Below are positions 37,450 through 46,984 of a stretch of 64,000 bases of DNA, piece after piece (the first letter of the stretch is position 1; the number at the start of each line of letters is the position of its first letter). A model generated the notes under the pieces. The model made no database searches and was not told the DNA's origin. It saw nothing but the letters and a program-made list of their open reading frames with translations. The position numbers and the translations under genes are program-made. Source of the stretch: Myxococcota bacterium (GTDB lineage: Bacteria; Myxococcota_A; Polyangia; Nannocystales; Nannocystaceae). Where the stretch lies: the NCBI GenBank assembly GCA_039028615.1, contig JBCCHT010000024.1, positions 64,001 through 128,000 on the forward strand, given 5' to 3'.

Positions 37450-38658
37450 ATGTTTTTCGATGTGCGACGTTCCACTACATTTCGATCCGCCTTCGTCGCG
37501 GCCCTCTTGCTCGGCGCGTGCGATCCGTCGGTGACGCCCGAGATCGAGCCGACCGAGACCGCCTTTCGGACCTTCGCCGACGGCACCCCCGAAGCCATCG
37601 GAGTCCTGGCGCTCGTCAACGATCCCTCGGTCACCAAGCACGAGCTCGATGTCGACGCGGCCCTCGATCGGCGCGCGGCGGAGAGCATCACCGAGTATCG
37701 CGCGGGCAACGATGGCGTCTATGAAGGCGGCCTCGGAGACGACCGCCTCTTCGTGACCATCGGCCAGGTCGACGACCAATACTACGTCGGCCCCGTCGCG
37801 CTCAGCCGCCTGCTCGACTATGCGACCACCCAGGGTTATGTGCCCTCGGGCACCGACCTGCTCGGTACCTGGGATGACGTGGCGTTCACGGTCGACGAGG
37901 CCGAAGACGCGCTGCGCTGGGTCAACCAATCCACCGAGGCGCAGCTCGACGCGGTGCTCGATTCCCGCGCCGTCGACAGCATCCTCGACGCGCGCGCCAT
38001 CGTCTCGATCCAGCAGCTGTCCGGCCTGTACTACGTGGGCCCGGCCGCGATGTTCGACATTCGCGAGGAAGGCCGCGCCATCGCCGAGCCCATGCCCTGC
38101 ATCTCGAACGCGGAGTGCCCCGGCATTTTGTCGTGCGTGGGCGTGCCCGACGAGGACGGCTTCTCCCGCTGCCAGGCTTCGCAGGGCATCCCCGGCCAAG
38201 GCCTGTCGTGCACCGCGCTGGGCGATTGCGCCGAGGACCTGGTCTGCTCGGGCTTCACCATCTTCGGCACGGGCGAGTGCCGCCCCGCGTGGATGGCCCA
38301 CGACTTCACCAGCGAGCCCGGCGTGGCCATCGGCGCCGCGGGGACGACCACCGATTTCACCGTCGACGTGGCCGGCCTCGCCAGCGTGCCCGAGGACATC
38401 ATCGTGACCGTGGACTTGCAGGGGGTGGACCCGGCCGGGCTACGACTCGTGCTCGCTGACCCCCAGGGCACGCTCTCGCCGCTGTGGGACGGCCCCGCCG
38501 CGGGCGGAGCCCCGATTCCGAGCGAGCTGCTGGCGCTCGAGGGCATCTCCCGCGACGACAACGTCAACGGCACCTGGACCCTCCACGTCGAGAACGTCGG
38601 CTCGCCCGCGGGCACGTTGGCGATGTGGAACCTGTACCTCAGCTCGCGTTTCGACTGA
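37450..38658 (+). CDS. Lipoprotein with two helix-hairpin-helix (ComEA-like) modules and a C-terminal proprotein-convertase P-domain
   Basis: LLGAC lipobox; two VN...LD...R-A...I...YYVGPxA units; Cys-rich linker; LRLVLADPQG...NGTWTLHV...GTLAMWNL. Confidence 0.7.
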   Translation: MFFDVRRSTTFRSAFVAALLLGACDPSVTPEIEPTETAFRTFADGTPEAIGVLALVNDPSVTKHELDVDAALDRRAAESITEYRAGNDGVYEGGLGDDRLFVTIGQVDDQYYVGPVALSRLLDYATTQGYVPSGTDLLGTWDDVAFTVDEAEDALRWVNQSTEAQLDAVLDSRAVDSILDARAIVSIQQLSGLYYVGPAAMFDIREEGRAIAEPMPCISNAECPGILSCVGVPDEDGFSRCQASQGIPGQGLSCTALGDCAEDLVCSGFTIFGTGECRPAWMAHDFTSEPGVAIGAAGTTTDFTVDVAGLASVPEDIIVTVDLQGVDPAGLRLVLADPQGTLSPLWDGPAAGGAPIPSELLALEGISRDDNVNGTWTLHVENVGSPAGTLAMWNLYLSSRFD

Positions 38659-38686
38659 GCGACAGGGCGGGGGAGCATCGCGGGGC

Positions 38687-39673
38687 TCAGGCGGCGCGGT
38701 GCTCGATGTCGATGATCAGGTTGCCCTTCTTGCGACCCGAGCCCACGTAGCGATGCGCCTTTGCGATCTCGCTCAAGGGGTAGCGTGAGTCGATGACCAC
38801 GCGGAGCCGGCCGGCCTCGACGAGCCCTTTGAGGTACTCGAGGTCGGCCGCTTTGTCTGCGGCCGAGCGCAGGCCGGTCGGGGCGAAGATTGCCCGCTTG
38901 CCGCCGAGCAGCTTGGTCCACAGCGTCATGAACAGCGCGCCCGCGGTGAGCACCGTGGTCAGGTAGGCCCCCGACGGCTTTAGTACTCGTTTGCTGCTAG
39001 CAAACGAGCTCTTGCCCACGGTGTCGAACACCACGTCGTAGCGCTGGTCGCCGCGGGTGAAGTCTTGCGCGGTGTAGTCGACGACGCGGTCGGCCCTCAG
39101 GGACTTCACCAGCTCGACGTTGGCCGTGCTGCAGACCCCGGTGACGTGGGCACCGAGCTCCTTGGCGAGCTGTACGGCCACGGTGCCGATGGAGCCCGAG
39201 GCCCCGATGATGAGCACCTCGTCGCCGGGGCGGACGTTGGCGTGGTCTCGCAAGAAGGGCAGGGCGGTCAGGGCCCCGTTGGACATGCCCGCGCCCTGGG
39301 CCATGCTCATGGCGTCGGGCAAGGTGGTCACGGCACCCTGCTCGGAGAGGCAGACGTACTCGGCGTGCGTGCCGAAGCCCTCGTCGCTGGCTCCGAAGAT
39401 GCGGTCGCCGACGCGAAACCGAGTGACGCCCGGTCCGATGGCTTCGACTTGCCCCGCGAACTCGGTGCCCAGCACGGTGCGCTTGGGTCGAGTGAGGCCT
39501 GTATAGAGCCTCGCGACCACCGGGTTGCCCGCCCGAAACTCACAGTCGACCAGGGTCACCGTGGTGGCCTCGACACGGACCCGCACCTGGCCCGCAGCCG
39601 GAGTCGGCGTTTCCACCTCGCGCAGCTCCAGGATGTCTGGACTCCCGTATTCCTCGTAGACGACGGCCTTCAT
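38687..39673 (-). CDS. NAD(P)-dependent MDR-family oxidoreductase (zinc-independent, quinone-reductase-like)
   Basis: YEEYGSPDILEL, LGTEFAG, GASGSIGTVAVQLAK, VVDYT, KGNLII. Confidence 0.9.
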   Translation of the reverse strand: MKAVVYEEYGSPDILELREVETPTPAAGQVRVRVEATTVTLVDCEFRAGNPVVARLYTGLTRPKRTVLGTEFAGQVEAIGPGVTRFRVGDRIFGASDEGFGTHAEYVCLSEQGAVTTLPDAMSMAQGAGMSNGALTALPFLRDHANVRPGDEVLIIGASGSIGTVAVQLAKELGAHVTGVCSTANVELVKSLRADRVVDYTAQDFTRGDQRYDVVFDTVGKSSFASSKRVLKPSGAYLTTVLTAGALFMTLWTKLLGGKRAIFAPTGLRSAADKAADLEYLKGLVEAGRLRVVIDSRYPLSEIAKAHRYVGSGRKKGNLIIDIEHRAA

Positions 39674-39794
39674 GCCGTTGGGGTATAGCCAGGCGAATGG
39701 ATGGCGGCCTCGGCGAAAAGTGAGGGCCAGTCATGCAAATTCGCATGCACGCGTCCGCGGAACGGGCGCGCGCCTCTGGGGAGGGTGCTGGGGC

Positions 39795-40298
39795 TCAGCG
39801 AGGTGCGCCGTCTTCGGGCCAGGACGGCAGCTCGTCGTAGTTGTCCGGGCACTTGGCGACCAGCGAGTCACCGCGAAGGGTCCGGCCGTCGTCCGACAGC
39901 GTGCCGGTCACGATGGTCTCCAGCCGCTCCTGAAAGCGGTCGGGCATCGTCCCCGCGTACTCCACCGTCAGCTCGGCCCGGCCGCGAACCACCACGAAAC
40001 GAAGCCCCGCGGGCGCTTTGCGTTGCGCGATGGAGCCGGGCTTGACCCAGCCGTGGACCCGCAGCGTCTTGCCGCGCTGGGCGGGACCGAGCTCGTCGAC
40101 CTCGTGGTACTCGAGAACCGACGGCTCGTCGCTCAGCAGCCCTTCCACGAGTGAACTGCCCGCCCGGCGACGGTCCTCGTCCGAGGTGGGCCCGCCATTG
40201 CTCGAGGTGCAGGCCGACAAGGGCAGCGCGGCCAAGGTTACGCCGCCGAGGATGCTCCGCGTACGCGATCGGCCTCGTCTACCCTGCTCCACGCCCAT
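39795..40298 (-). CDS. ccmE: Cytochrome c maturation heme chaperone CcmE, CxxxY variant
   Basis: LRVHGWVKPGSI, VEYAGTMPDRF and LVAKCPDNY in place of the usual LAKHDENY. Confidence 0.8.
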   Translation of the reverse strand: MGVEQGRRGRSRTRSILGGVTLAALPLSACTSSNGGPTSDEDRRRAGSSLVEGLLSDEPSVLEYHEVDELGPAQRGKTLRVHGWVKPGSIAQRKAPAGLRFVVVRGRAELTVEYAGTMPDRFQERLETIVTGTLSDDGRTLRGDSLVAKCPDNYDELPSWPEDGAPR

Positions 40299-40327
40299 TC
40301 GCGATCAAGATACCACGTGCGCCCGGC

Positions 40328-40855
40328 TCACCGTTTGGCGCGACGTCGGCTCGGGGCTCGCTTGGTCGTTCGTCGCCGCGGCTTGGGCTCGACCTCGGGC
40401 TCGTCCGCGACGTGCAGGCCACAGTGGGTGTGCTCGTAGATGAGCGACGTCTCGAGGTGGGCGACCTCGGGGCGCGAGGTGAGCTGGTCGAAGGCGAAGT
40501 CCCGCAGGTGGGTCGTGTCGCGAACGGCCACGTGAATCAGGAAGTCGGCCGCACCACCCACGTGGTACATGGCCACGACTTCGGGTCGCTCGACCAAGTG
40601 GTTGCGCAGGGCCTCGAGGGTCTCCCGGGCATGTTGGCCGAGCCGGATGGCGACCATCGCCTGGAGCCCGATGCCCACCGCGTGGGGATCGATGTCCGCA
40701 TGCACGCCTCGGATGACGCCCGAGCTCTGCAATCGCCGAACGCGTTCCAGGCACGAGGACGGGGCCAGACCGACGCGTGCCGCCAATTCCTTGTTGCTGA
40801 GCCGAGCATTGTTTTGCAGGGCGCTGACGAGAGAACGATCGATTCGGTCCAGCAC
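40328..40855 (-). CDS. Lrp/AsnC-family transcriptional regulator
   Basis: LDRIDRSLVSALQNNARLSNKELAARVGLAPSSCLERVRRL; RAM domain (HVGGAADFLIHV). Confidence 0.93.
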   Translation of the reverse strand: MLDRIDRSLVSALQNNARLSNKELAARVGLAPSSCLERVRRLQSSGVIRGVHADIDPHAVGIGLQAMVAIRLGQHARETLEALRNHLVERPEVVAMYHVGGAADFLIHVAVRDTTHLRDFAFDQLTSRPEVAHLETSLIYEHTHCGLHVADEPEVEPKPRRRTTKRAPSRRRAKR

Positions 40856-40925
40856 TGGATATGGCCTGTGGTTCCGCAGTTAATTCGGTTGAAGCTACAC
40901 TGTATCGCATTGAATACTGAAAATT

Positions 40926-42185
40926 GTGACGAGTCCGAATTGTGTTGCTTTCGATCCGCAGCGGGCCCTGGCCGCCCATCGCCATGAATTCGGAGAGCAT
41001 GGTGGCGTGAACATGTCGGTCGAGGTCAGCACGACCTTCACCGTGATGGCGCCGGGGACCATGCCCGAGATCTTCGCGGGGCAGCGCGGTCCCGAGGCGG
41101 GCGGCTGCTACCTGTACGGACGTCACTTCAATCCCACCGTGCATGCGCTGGCGAGCGAGCTGGCTGCGATGGAGGGCACGGAGGCCGCGTACTGCACGGC
41201 CTCCGGGATGTCGGCCATCGTCGGCGCGCTGTTGCAGCTGTGTCATCAGGGCAGCTCGATCGTCGCAGGCCACGGAATCTACGGCGGCACCTTTGCCTTA
41301 CTGGCTGAGTTCTTGCCCAAGCGCTGCGGCATCGAGACGACCTTCGTCGACACCTGCGATCTCGAAGCGGTCGACGCAGCCTTGGCCACGGGGGCGAAGG
41401 TGCTCTACGTCGAGACGCTGGCCAACCCCACGCTGCGGGTCGCGGACATTCCCGCCCTGGCCGAGTGCGCCCATCGCCACGGGGCCAAGCTGGTGGTCGA
41501 CAACACCTTCTGCCCGCTGGTGGTGTCGCCGGCCCGGCTCGGGGCCGACGTGGTGGTGCACAGCCTGACCAAGTTCATCAACGGCAGCTCCGACGCCATC
41601 GGCGGGGTCATCTGTGGCTCGCGCGAGTTCGTGGGCAGCCTGATGGATCTGCACGACGGGGCGCTGATGCTCATGGGGCCGACCATGGATCCCCGCGTCG
41701 CGTCGCAGATGAGCCTGCGCTTGCCTCATCTGGGCCTGCGCATGACCGAGCACTGTCGTCGCGCTCAGATCTTCGCGCAGCGCCTGCACGAGCTCGGGCT
41801 CCCGGTCATTCATCCCGCGCTGCCGCATCATCCCCAGCACGCGCTGCTCCGCCGTCTCGCCAACGATGGGATCGGCCTGTGTGGGCTCTTGGCGCTGGAG
41901 CTCCCCGATGCCGACATCGCCGCCCGGCTCATGGACGAGCTGCAGAATGCCCAGCGCTTTGGCTACATCGCGGTGAGCCTCGGCTATCACGACACGCTGA
42001 TGTCGTGCTCGGCCGCGTCGACCTCCAGCGAACTCGATCCGCAGAGCCTACAGCGGGCGGGCATCTCTGCCGGCCTGCTGCGGCTGTCGATCGGCTACAC
42101 CGGCACGCTGGAGGATCGCTGGGCTCAGCTCCTGGCCGGGCTGCGGGCGGTCGGCCTGCTCGACGCGACCACTACGGGATGCTGA
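40926..42185 (+). CDS. PLP-dependent Cys/Met metabolism enzyme, probable methionine gamma-lyase
   Basis: EFGEHGGVNMS, YGRHFNPT, ASGMSAI, VDNTF, HSLTKF (PLP Lys), VSLG, LLRLSIG; divergent from the Lrp gene. Confidence 0.85.
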   Translation: MTSPNCVAFDPQRALAAHRHEFGEHGGVNMSVEVSTTFTVMAPGTMPEIFAGQRGPEAGGCYLYGRHFNPTVHALASELAAMEGTEAAYCTASGMSAIVGALLQLCHQGSSIVAGHGIYGGTFALLAEFLPKRCGIETTFVDTCDLEAVDAALATGAKVLYVETLANPTLRVADIPALAECAHRHGAKLVVDNTFCPLVVSPARLGADVVVHSLTKFINGSSDAIGGVICGSREFVGSLMDLHDGALMLMGPTMDPRVASQMSLRLPHLGLRMTEHCRRAQIFAQRLHELGLPVIHPALPHHPQHALLRRLANDGIGLCGLLALELPDADIAARLMDELQNAQRFGYIAVSLGYHDTLMSCSAASTSSELDPQSLQRAGISAGLLRLSIGYTGTLEDRWAQLLAGLRAVGLLDATTTGC

Positions 42186-42957
42186 GCTGCACCGTGGTGC
42201 AATCGAGGGGGAACTCGATCGGCGTCTCCACCCGGACGATCGAATCCTCGATCGGGTAGGCGTCGTTGATGCACCAGCCGTCCTCCTCGGGCTCGCACTC
42301 GCACGAACCCCGGTTGCCGCACTCCAGCTGCGTGCCATAGCTGACCATCAGGTCCACGGTACCCGGCGCGGGCACGATGGCGGCGCGGCACTCCGTCAGC
42401 CCTTCGCACATGCCCGCCGCGCAGCTGTCCGGCATCTCGGTGAACTCCCACAATAGGCCCGGCCACTCGAGCGGGTAGGTGGCGCCGGGCGACAGCGAGA
42501 CGGTGGCGGCGATGGGGCAGTCCGCGAGGCAGCCGCACTCGTCGAGCATGGCGCCTTCGCAGGTCGGGATGCACTTGTCACCCGGCCACCAGCTGCCTTC
42601 GGCGTCGCTCACGGCCAGGTGCTCTCGGGTGCATCCGCCGGAGTTGGTCAGGTGAATGGTGCGGTCGCTGGTGTTGGTGACGAGGACGACGGCGGGCACG
42701 TACTCCCCGGGGCCGACGAAGGCCTCGCACTCTTCGGGGACGTCGGTCGGGGGCTCCCACAGCGGCACGGGCTCGGCCATGCACTCGAGGGGATCGCCGG
42801 TCTCGTCGGCGACGCTGGTCGCCCCGTCGAGCCCCGTGGACGCGTCGCCACCCGTACCGCCCGATGCCGCTCCCGAGCCTTGTTCTTCCGCGGGGCGATC
42901 GACGCACGCGAAGCAGAGAAGACCGGAGAGCGGGAGGAGTCGGTGTAGGCGAAGCAT
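42172..42957 (-). CDS. Cys-rich hypothetical lipoprotein
   Basis: LLCFAC lipobox, acidic linker and many Cys. Confidence 0.65.
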   Translation of the reverse strand: MLRLHRLLPLSGLLCFACVDRPAEEQGSGAASGGTGGDASTGLDGATSVADETGDPLECMAEPVPLWEPPTDVPEECEAFVGPGEYVPAVVLVTNTSDRTIHLTNSGGCTREHLAVSDAEGSWWPGDKCIPTCEGAMLDECGCLADCPIAATVSLSPGATYPLEWPGLLWEFTEMPDSCAAGMCEGLTECRAAIVPAPGTVDLMVSYGTQLECGNRGSCECEPEEDGWCINDAYPIEDSIVRVETPIEFPLDCTTVQLSIP

Positions 42958-43094
42958 CGGCAGGTGAAAGACTGTGCAAACGATGTGCCGCGGGATCAAC
43001 GTGCATTGTCGGGCATTCGTGGGAGACGACGCCATGCGATCGCCAACCGGGTTGGCCACGGTGCTCGAATTCGGCGCAGTGCTATCGTGGGTCG

Positions 43095-44813
43095 GTGGTG
43101 AAGAGAATTGGGTTGATCTGCATGCTCGGGGTCGGTTGTTCCACCAACGACCTCCCGCCCGTGACGGGCACCGAGGGGGATGCGAGCACCCAGGCGGAGC
43201 CGAGCACCACGGGCAGCGACGTCGCCGACGAGACGGGCAGCGACGAGGGCACGAGCGACACCGAAGGTCCGGGGCCGACCGGGGCGCTCGAGTTCAATCC
43301 ACCCGGCGGCGTGTTCTTTGCGCCCTTCGATCTCGAGATCACCACGGTGCTCGAGGGGACGATCCGCTACACCGAAGACGGCAGCGCCCCGACGGCGGCG
43401 TCGCCCGAGTGGGGCGGCACCCGGTCGATCGACGCCACCACCCACCTTCGGGCCGCGGTGTTCGCCGACGGTGAAGCGACGGCGCCCCGCTCGGCCGCGT
43501 ACCTGCGGGCGGAGCAGGGGCTCTCGCACGCTTCCAACCTGCCCATCGTGGTGATCGAGACCTGGGATCAGCAGGACCTCATCGACGATCCCGAGCGACC
43601 TCGCGACTTTCACCCGGTGTACGGCATCTTCTTCGACGTCGACGACGCGGGCCAGGCCTCCATCGACAGCCCCCCGAGCTTCGCGGGGCGGGGGGGCATG
43701 CACATCCGGGGCAACAGCACCGTCGAGTACCCCAAAAAGCAGTACAACCTCGAGATCCGCCACGAAGACGACAGCGATCGGGCGGTCGCGTTGCTGGGCA
43801 TGCCGGAGGAGAGCGACTGGGTGTTGCACGCGCCCTTCTCCGACAAGACGCTGATGAGGAACTACCTCATCTACCGCTGGTCCAATCGCATCGGCCGCTA
43901 CGCCGCCCGTACCCGCTTCATCGAGGTCTATATCGACGAGGACGGCAGCCTCGGCCCCGACGACTACGTCGGCGTCTACGCGTGGATGGAGAAGGTCAAG
44001 GTCGACGGCCAGCGGGTGGCCATCGACCGGCTCGAGCCGGGGGACAACGAGCTCCCCGCGGTGAGCGGGGGCTACCTGCTGCAGCGAGACTGGGTCGGCG
44101 AGGAGCCCGAGCTCACCCTCACCACCGCGACCTACGACGACACCCTCTTGTTCAAGTCGCCCAAGCACGACGCGGCGACCCAGCCCCAGATCGACTTCAT
44201 CACCGACTACCTCGACCAGTTCGAGGGCGCGCTGTCGGGCCCTTCCTTCGACGACCCGGAGACCGGCTACGCGCAGTACATCGACGTCGACTCGTTCATC
44301 GATCACCACCTGCTGGTCGAGCTGGGCCGCAACGTCGATGGCTATGTGCTGAGTACCTTCATGCACAAGCCGCGCGAAGGGAAGCTCAACATGGGTCCCG
44401 TGTGGGACTACAACGGGGCGCTGGGTAACGCCGACTACTTCGAGGCCGATGATCCCGAAGGCTGGCACTTCGACAACCCAGAGTTCCCCGCCGACAACCC
44501 CAACGGCTACCACTGGTATGCGCGGCTATTCGAGGACCCCGCGTTCGCGGCCCGCTATGCACAGCGGTGGCAAGAGCTGCGAGCGGGGCCGCTGTCGAAC
44601 GAGAGCCTCCTCCAGGACGTCGAAGACGCGGCCACCGTGCTCGAGGCGGGCGGTGCCGTCGATCGCAACTTCGAGCGCTGGCCCGTGCTGGGCGAGAGCA
44701 TCTGGCCCAACGATCCGGGCGCCGAGGACCGCCAGACCTACGAGGACGAGATTGCCTACCTCCAGGCCTGGTTGACGGCTCGGCTCGCGTGGATGGACTC
44801 GCAGCTGCTCTAG
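43095..44813 (+). CDS. CotH-family kinase lipoprotein with an FN3-associated domain
   Basis: GVGC lipobox; IRYTEDGSAPT; IRGNST..YPKKQY, DWVL, DKTLMRN, NVDGY, GPVWDYN. Confidence 0.88.
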   Translation: MVKRIGLICMLGVGCSTNDLPPVTGTEGDASTQAEPSTTGSDVADETGSDEGTSDTEGPGPTGALEFNPPGGVFFAPFDLEITTVLEGTIRYTEDGSAPTAASPEWGGTRSIDATTHLRAAVFADGEATAPRSAAYLRAEQGLSHASNLPIVVIETWDQQDLIDDPERPRDFHPVYGIFFDVDDAGQASIDSPPSFAGRGGMHIRGNSTVEYPKKQYNLEIRHEDDSDRAVALLGMPEESDWVLHAPFSDKTLMRNYLIYRWSNRIGRYAARTRFIEVYIDEDGSLGPDDYVGVYAWMEKVKVDGQRVAIDRLEPGDNELPAVSGGYLLQRDWVGEEPELTLTTATYDDTLLFKSPKHDAATQPQIDFITDYLDQFEGALSGPSFDDPETGYAQYIDVDSFIDHHLLVELGRNVDGYVLSTFMHKPREGKLNMGPVWDYNGALGNADYFEADDPEGWHFDNPEFPADNPNGYHWYARLFEDPAFAARYAQRWQELRAGPLSNESLLQDVEDAATVLEAGGAVDRNFERWPVLGESIWPNDPGAEDRQTYEDEIAYLQAWLTARLAWMDSQLL

Positions 44814-44834
44814 CGCGCCGAGCGGGCGCGGGAC

Positions 44835-45824
44835 TCAGCTCCAGACGAGCTGGTAGCGCATCGAGTGGCCGATGCGCTCCGAGAACCGCCGCACCGACTT
44901 GGAGGCCATCTTCTCGCTGAGGCCTACCGGGATCTTGGTGGTGAGCCAGGCGCCGAAGCTCTGGGTCTCGCCGGTCATCGCACGCTTGGGCGGTGCGGGC
45001 TGGTACTCGATCTTGGCCGAGCGCTTGCCCGCGCGGGCGAGCAGGTCGAACAGGTCGCGGAACACGATGAACGCGGTGTCGTTCTGGTGCGTCGACCAGT
45101 TGGCCACGGGGAGGAAATCGACCAGGTGGATGAGCTGGAAGTTCAGCTGCACCCAGAACTCCTCGGCGCTCATGGTGATGGGGAGATTGTCGATGACCCG
45201 GTGGAAGCGGACCGACTCCAGCGTGTCGAGGCGCGAGAGGTTGGACCGGAGCTCTCGGCGCAGCGGCAGGTCGTAGAGCAGACGCAGGATCGAGGGGAAG
45301 GCCTCGACGTGGGTCCACTCGAAGGGCGTCATCAGCTTGCGCAGGGCGGGGATCTTGCTCGCCTCCATCGCAAAGGTGTTGGTGCCCGTGCCCAGGATCG
45401 AGTGCAGCAACAGAACGATGGGCGAGTAGTCGGGGAAGTGCTGGGTGCCGTACTCGAAGCAGAAGTACAGGTGATCGAGGAACGAGCCGTCGGCATGCTC
45501 CACGTCGAAGTCGCACTCCTCGACCATGAAACGCATCAGCTCGGGGTCGACGGGCGGCAGCGGGTGCTTGTCGCGAGCGGCGTCGTAGGCTGCCTGGACC
45601 TGCTCGGCGGCGGCCTTGTCCCAGTGGGCTTCCTTGGCCACCCGAGTGCGCATCACGAACCTCGATGCGGTGCCCTCCAGTGTGTTGAAGATCGTGCGGT
45701 CGAGGTCGAAGTTGGGAATCGGCTCGATGCGGACGACGCCCCGGTGGTCGTAGGCGCGGCCATTGGCGATGGCGGCTTTGCGGTGAAGGCTCGGGTCCGG
45801 GCGCTCTTCGGCGTTCTGCTTCAT
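44835..45824 (-). CDS. Hypothetical protein with an HD-like (DUF6817-type) His motif
   Basis: EHADGSFLDHL...LHSILGT pattern; family assignment is from memory of the motif only. Confidence 0.5.
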   Translation of the reverse strand: MKQNAEERPDPSLHRKAAIANGRAYDHRGVVRIEPIPNFDLDRTIFNTLEGTASRFVMRTRVAKEAHWDKAAAEQVQAAYDAARDKHPLPPVDPELMRFMVEECDFDVEHADGSFLDHLYFCFEYGTQHFPDYSPIVLLLHSILGTGTNTFAMEASKIPALRKLMTPFEWTHVEAFPSILRLLYDLPLRRELRSNLSRLDTLESVRFHRVIDNLPITMSAEEFWVQLNFQLIHLVDFLPVANWSTHQNDTAFIVFRDLFDLLARAGKRSAKIEYQPAPPKRAMTGETQSFGAWLTTKIPVGLSEKMASKSVRRFSERIGHSMRYQLVWS

Positions 45825-46043
45825 GGGTCCGGGGCGGACCGTAGCGCGATTGAACACGCGATGCGGCCCCGCCAAATGTGCGTTGAGTCGGGTCTGGGCC
45901 AAACCCTGGCTACACGCCGAGCGACCCGCAAAATCCGTCGTCGTGCGTACCCGTTTCGCCGTTGGCGCAGGTTCGCCGTCGCCGAGGGTCGCTCAGGCGC
46001 CCATTCCGCGAGCTGTCGTGTGAGTGTCTGCGCTGGTCCGGGG

Positions 46044-46982
46044 ATGTATGACACCATCTCCCAAGTGCGGTACGCGACCGTGTTCTTGTCGATCTTCATG
46101 GGGCTGACCGCGTGTCGTGGCGCGGGCGGTACCACCGTTCCCGAGCCGGCCAACGCGGGCGCGGCGGAGCCCGTGTCCGACCTCGAGCATGCCTTCTACG
46201 GGGCGCAGGGCGAGCCCGCGTCGCTCGAGCAGTTCGTGGATGACGTGGCCGACGTCGACTTCATCGGCTTCGGCGAGTTCCACTATCACGCCATCGGTAG
46301 CCAGGTGGAGCTGCAGCTGCTCGAGGCGCTCGCCGACCAGGAACGTCCGATCGCTCTGGCGATGGAGTTCTTCGAGGCCGACACCCAGACCGCGCTCGAC
46401 GACTACCTGGCGGGGCGGATCGAGGAGCCCGAGTTTCTCGAACTCACCAAGCGCAACGAGTACTACGACGACTCTCATCGCCCGCTCGTCGAGTTTTGCA
46501 AGGAGCACTCGATCGACATCATCGCGGCCAACGCTCCGCGCCCGTTGGTGACCGCTTACCGCAAGTCGGGGATGACCTACGAGGAGTACCTCGCGAGCCT
46601 GACCGAGGAAGAGCGCGCCCTGATGCCCGTGTCCTCGGTGCCGCCCGACGACGAGCACAAGCGCCGTTTCATGGAGCTGATGGGTCCCAAGCGAGGACCG
46701 AGCTTCTTCAAGTCGATGGCGCTGTGGAACGACGCGATGGCCGAGTCGGCGGCGAACTATCGCGGGGAGCACCCCGAGCATCGCGTGCTGCTCATCGTGG
46801 GGGCGTTTCACGTCGCGGGGCGGCTCGGCACGATGACCGAGTACGCCGCTCGTCGTCCCGACGACTCCAGTCGAGTGCTGGTGATGACGATCCAAAAAGA
46901 GGGTCCGATGGTGTTCACCGACGAGGATCGGGACGAAGGGGACCTCATCCTCAAGATTCGCATGCCGACGAAGAAGAAGTAG
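46044..46982 (+). CDS. ChaN-family (heme-binding/iron-uptake, EreA/Tiki fold) lipoprotein
   Basis: GLTAC lipobox; GEFH, LAMEFF, IAANAPR, WNDAMAE, VGAFH. Confidence 0.82.
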   Translation: MYDTISQVRYATVFLSIFMGLTACRGAGGTTVPEPANAGAAEPVSDLEHAFYGAQGEPASLEQFVDDVADVDFIGFGEFHYHAIGSQVELQLLEALADQERPIALAMEFFEADTQTALDDYLAGRIEEPEFLELTKRNEYYDDSHRPLVEFCKEHSIDIIAANAPRPLVTAYRKSGMTYEEYLASLTEEERALMPVSSVPPDDEHKRRFMELMGPKRGPSFFKSMALWNDAMAESAANYRGEHPEHRVLLIVGAFHVAGRLGTMTEYAARRPDDSSRVLVMTIQKEGPMVFTDEDRDEGDLILKIRMPTKKK

Positions 46983-46984
46983 GG

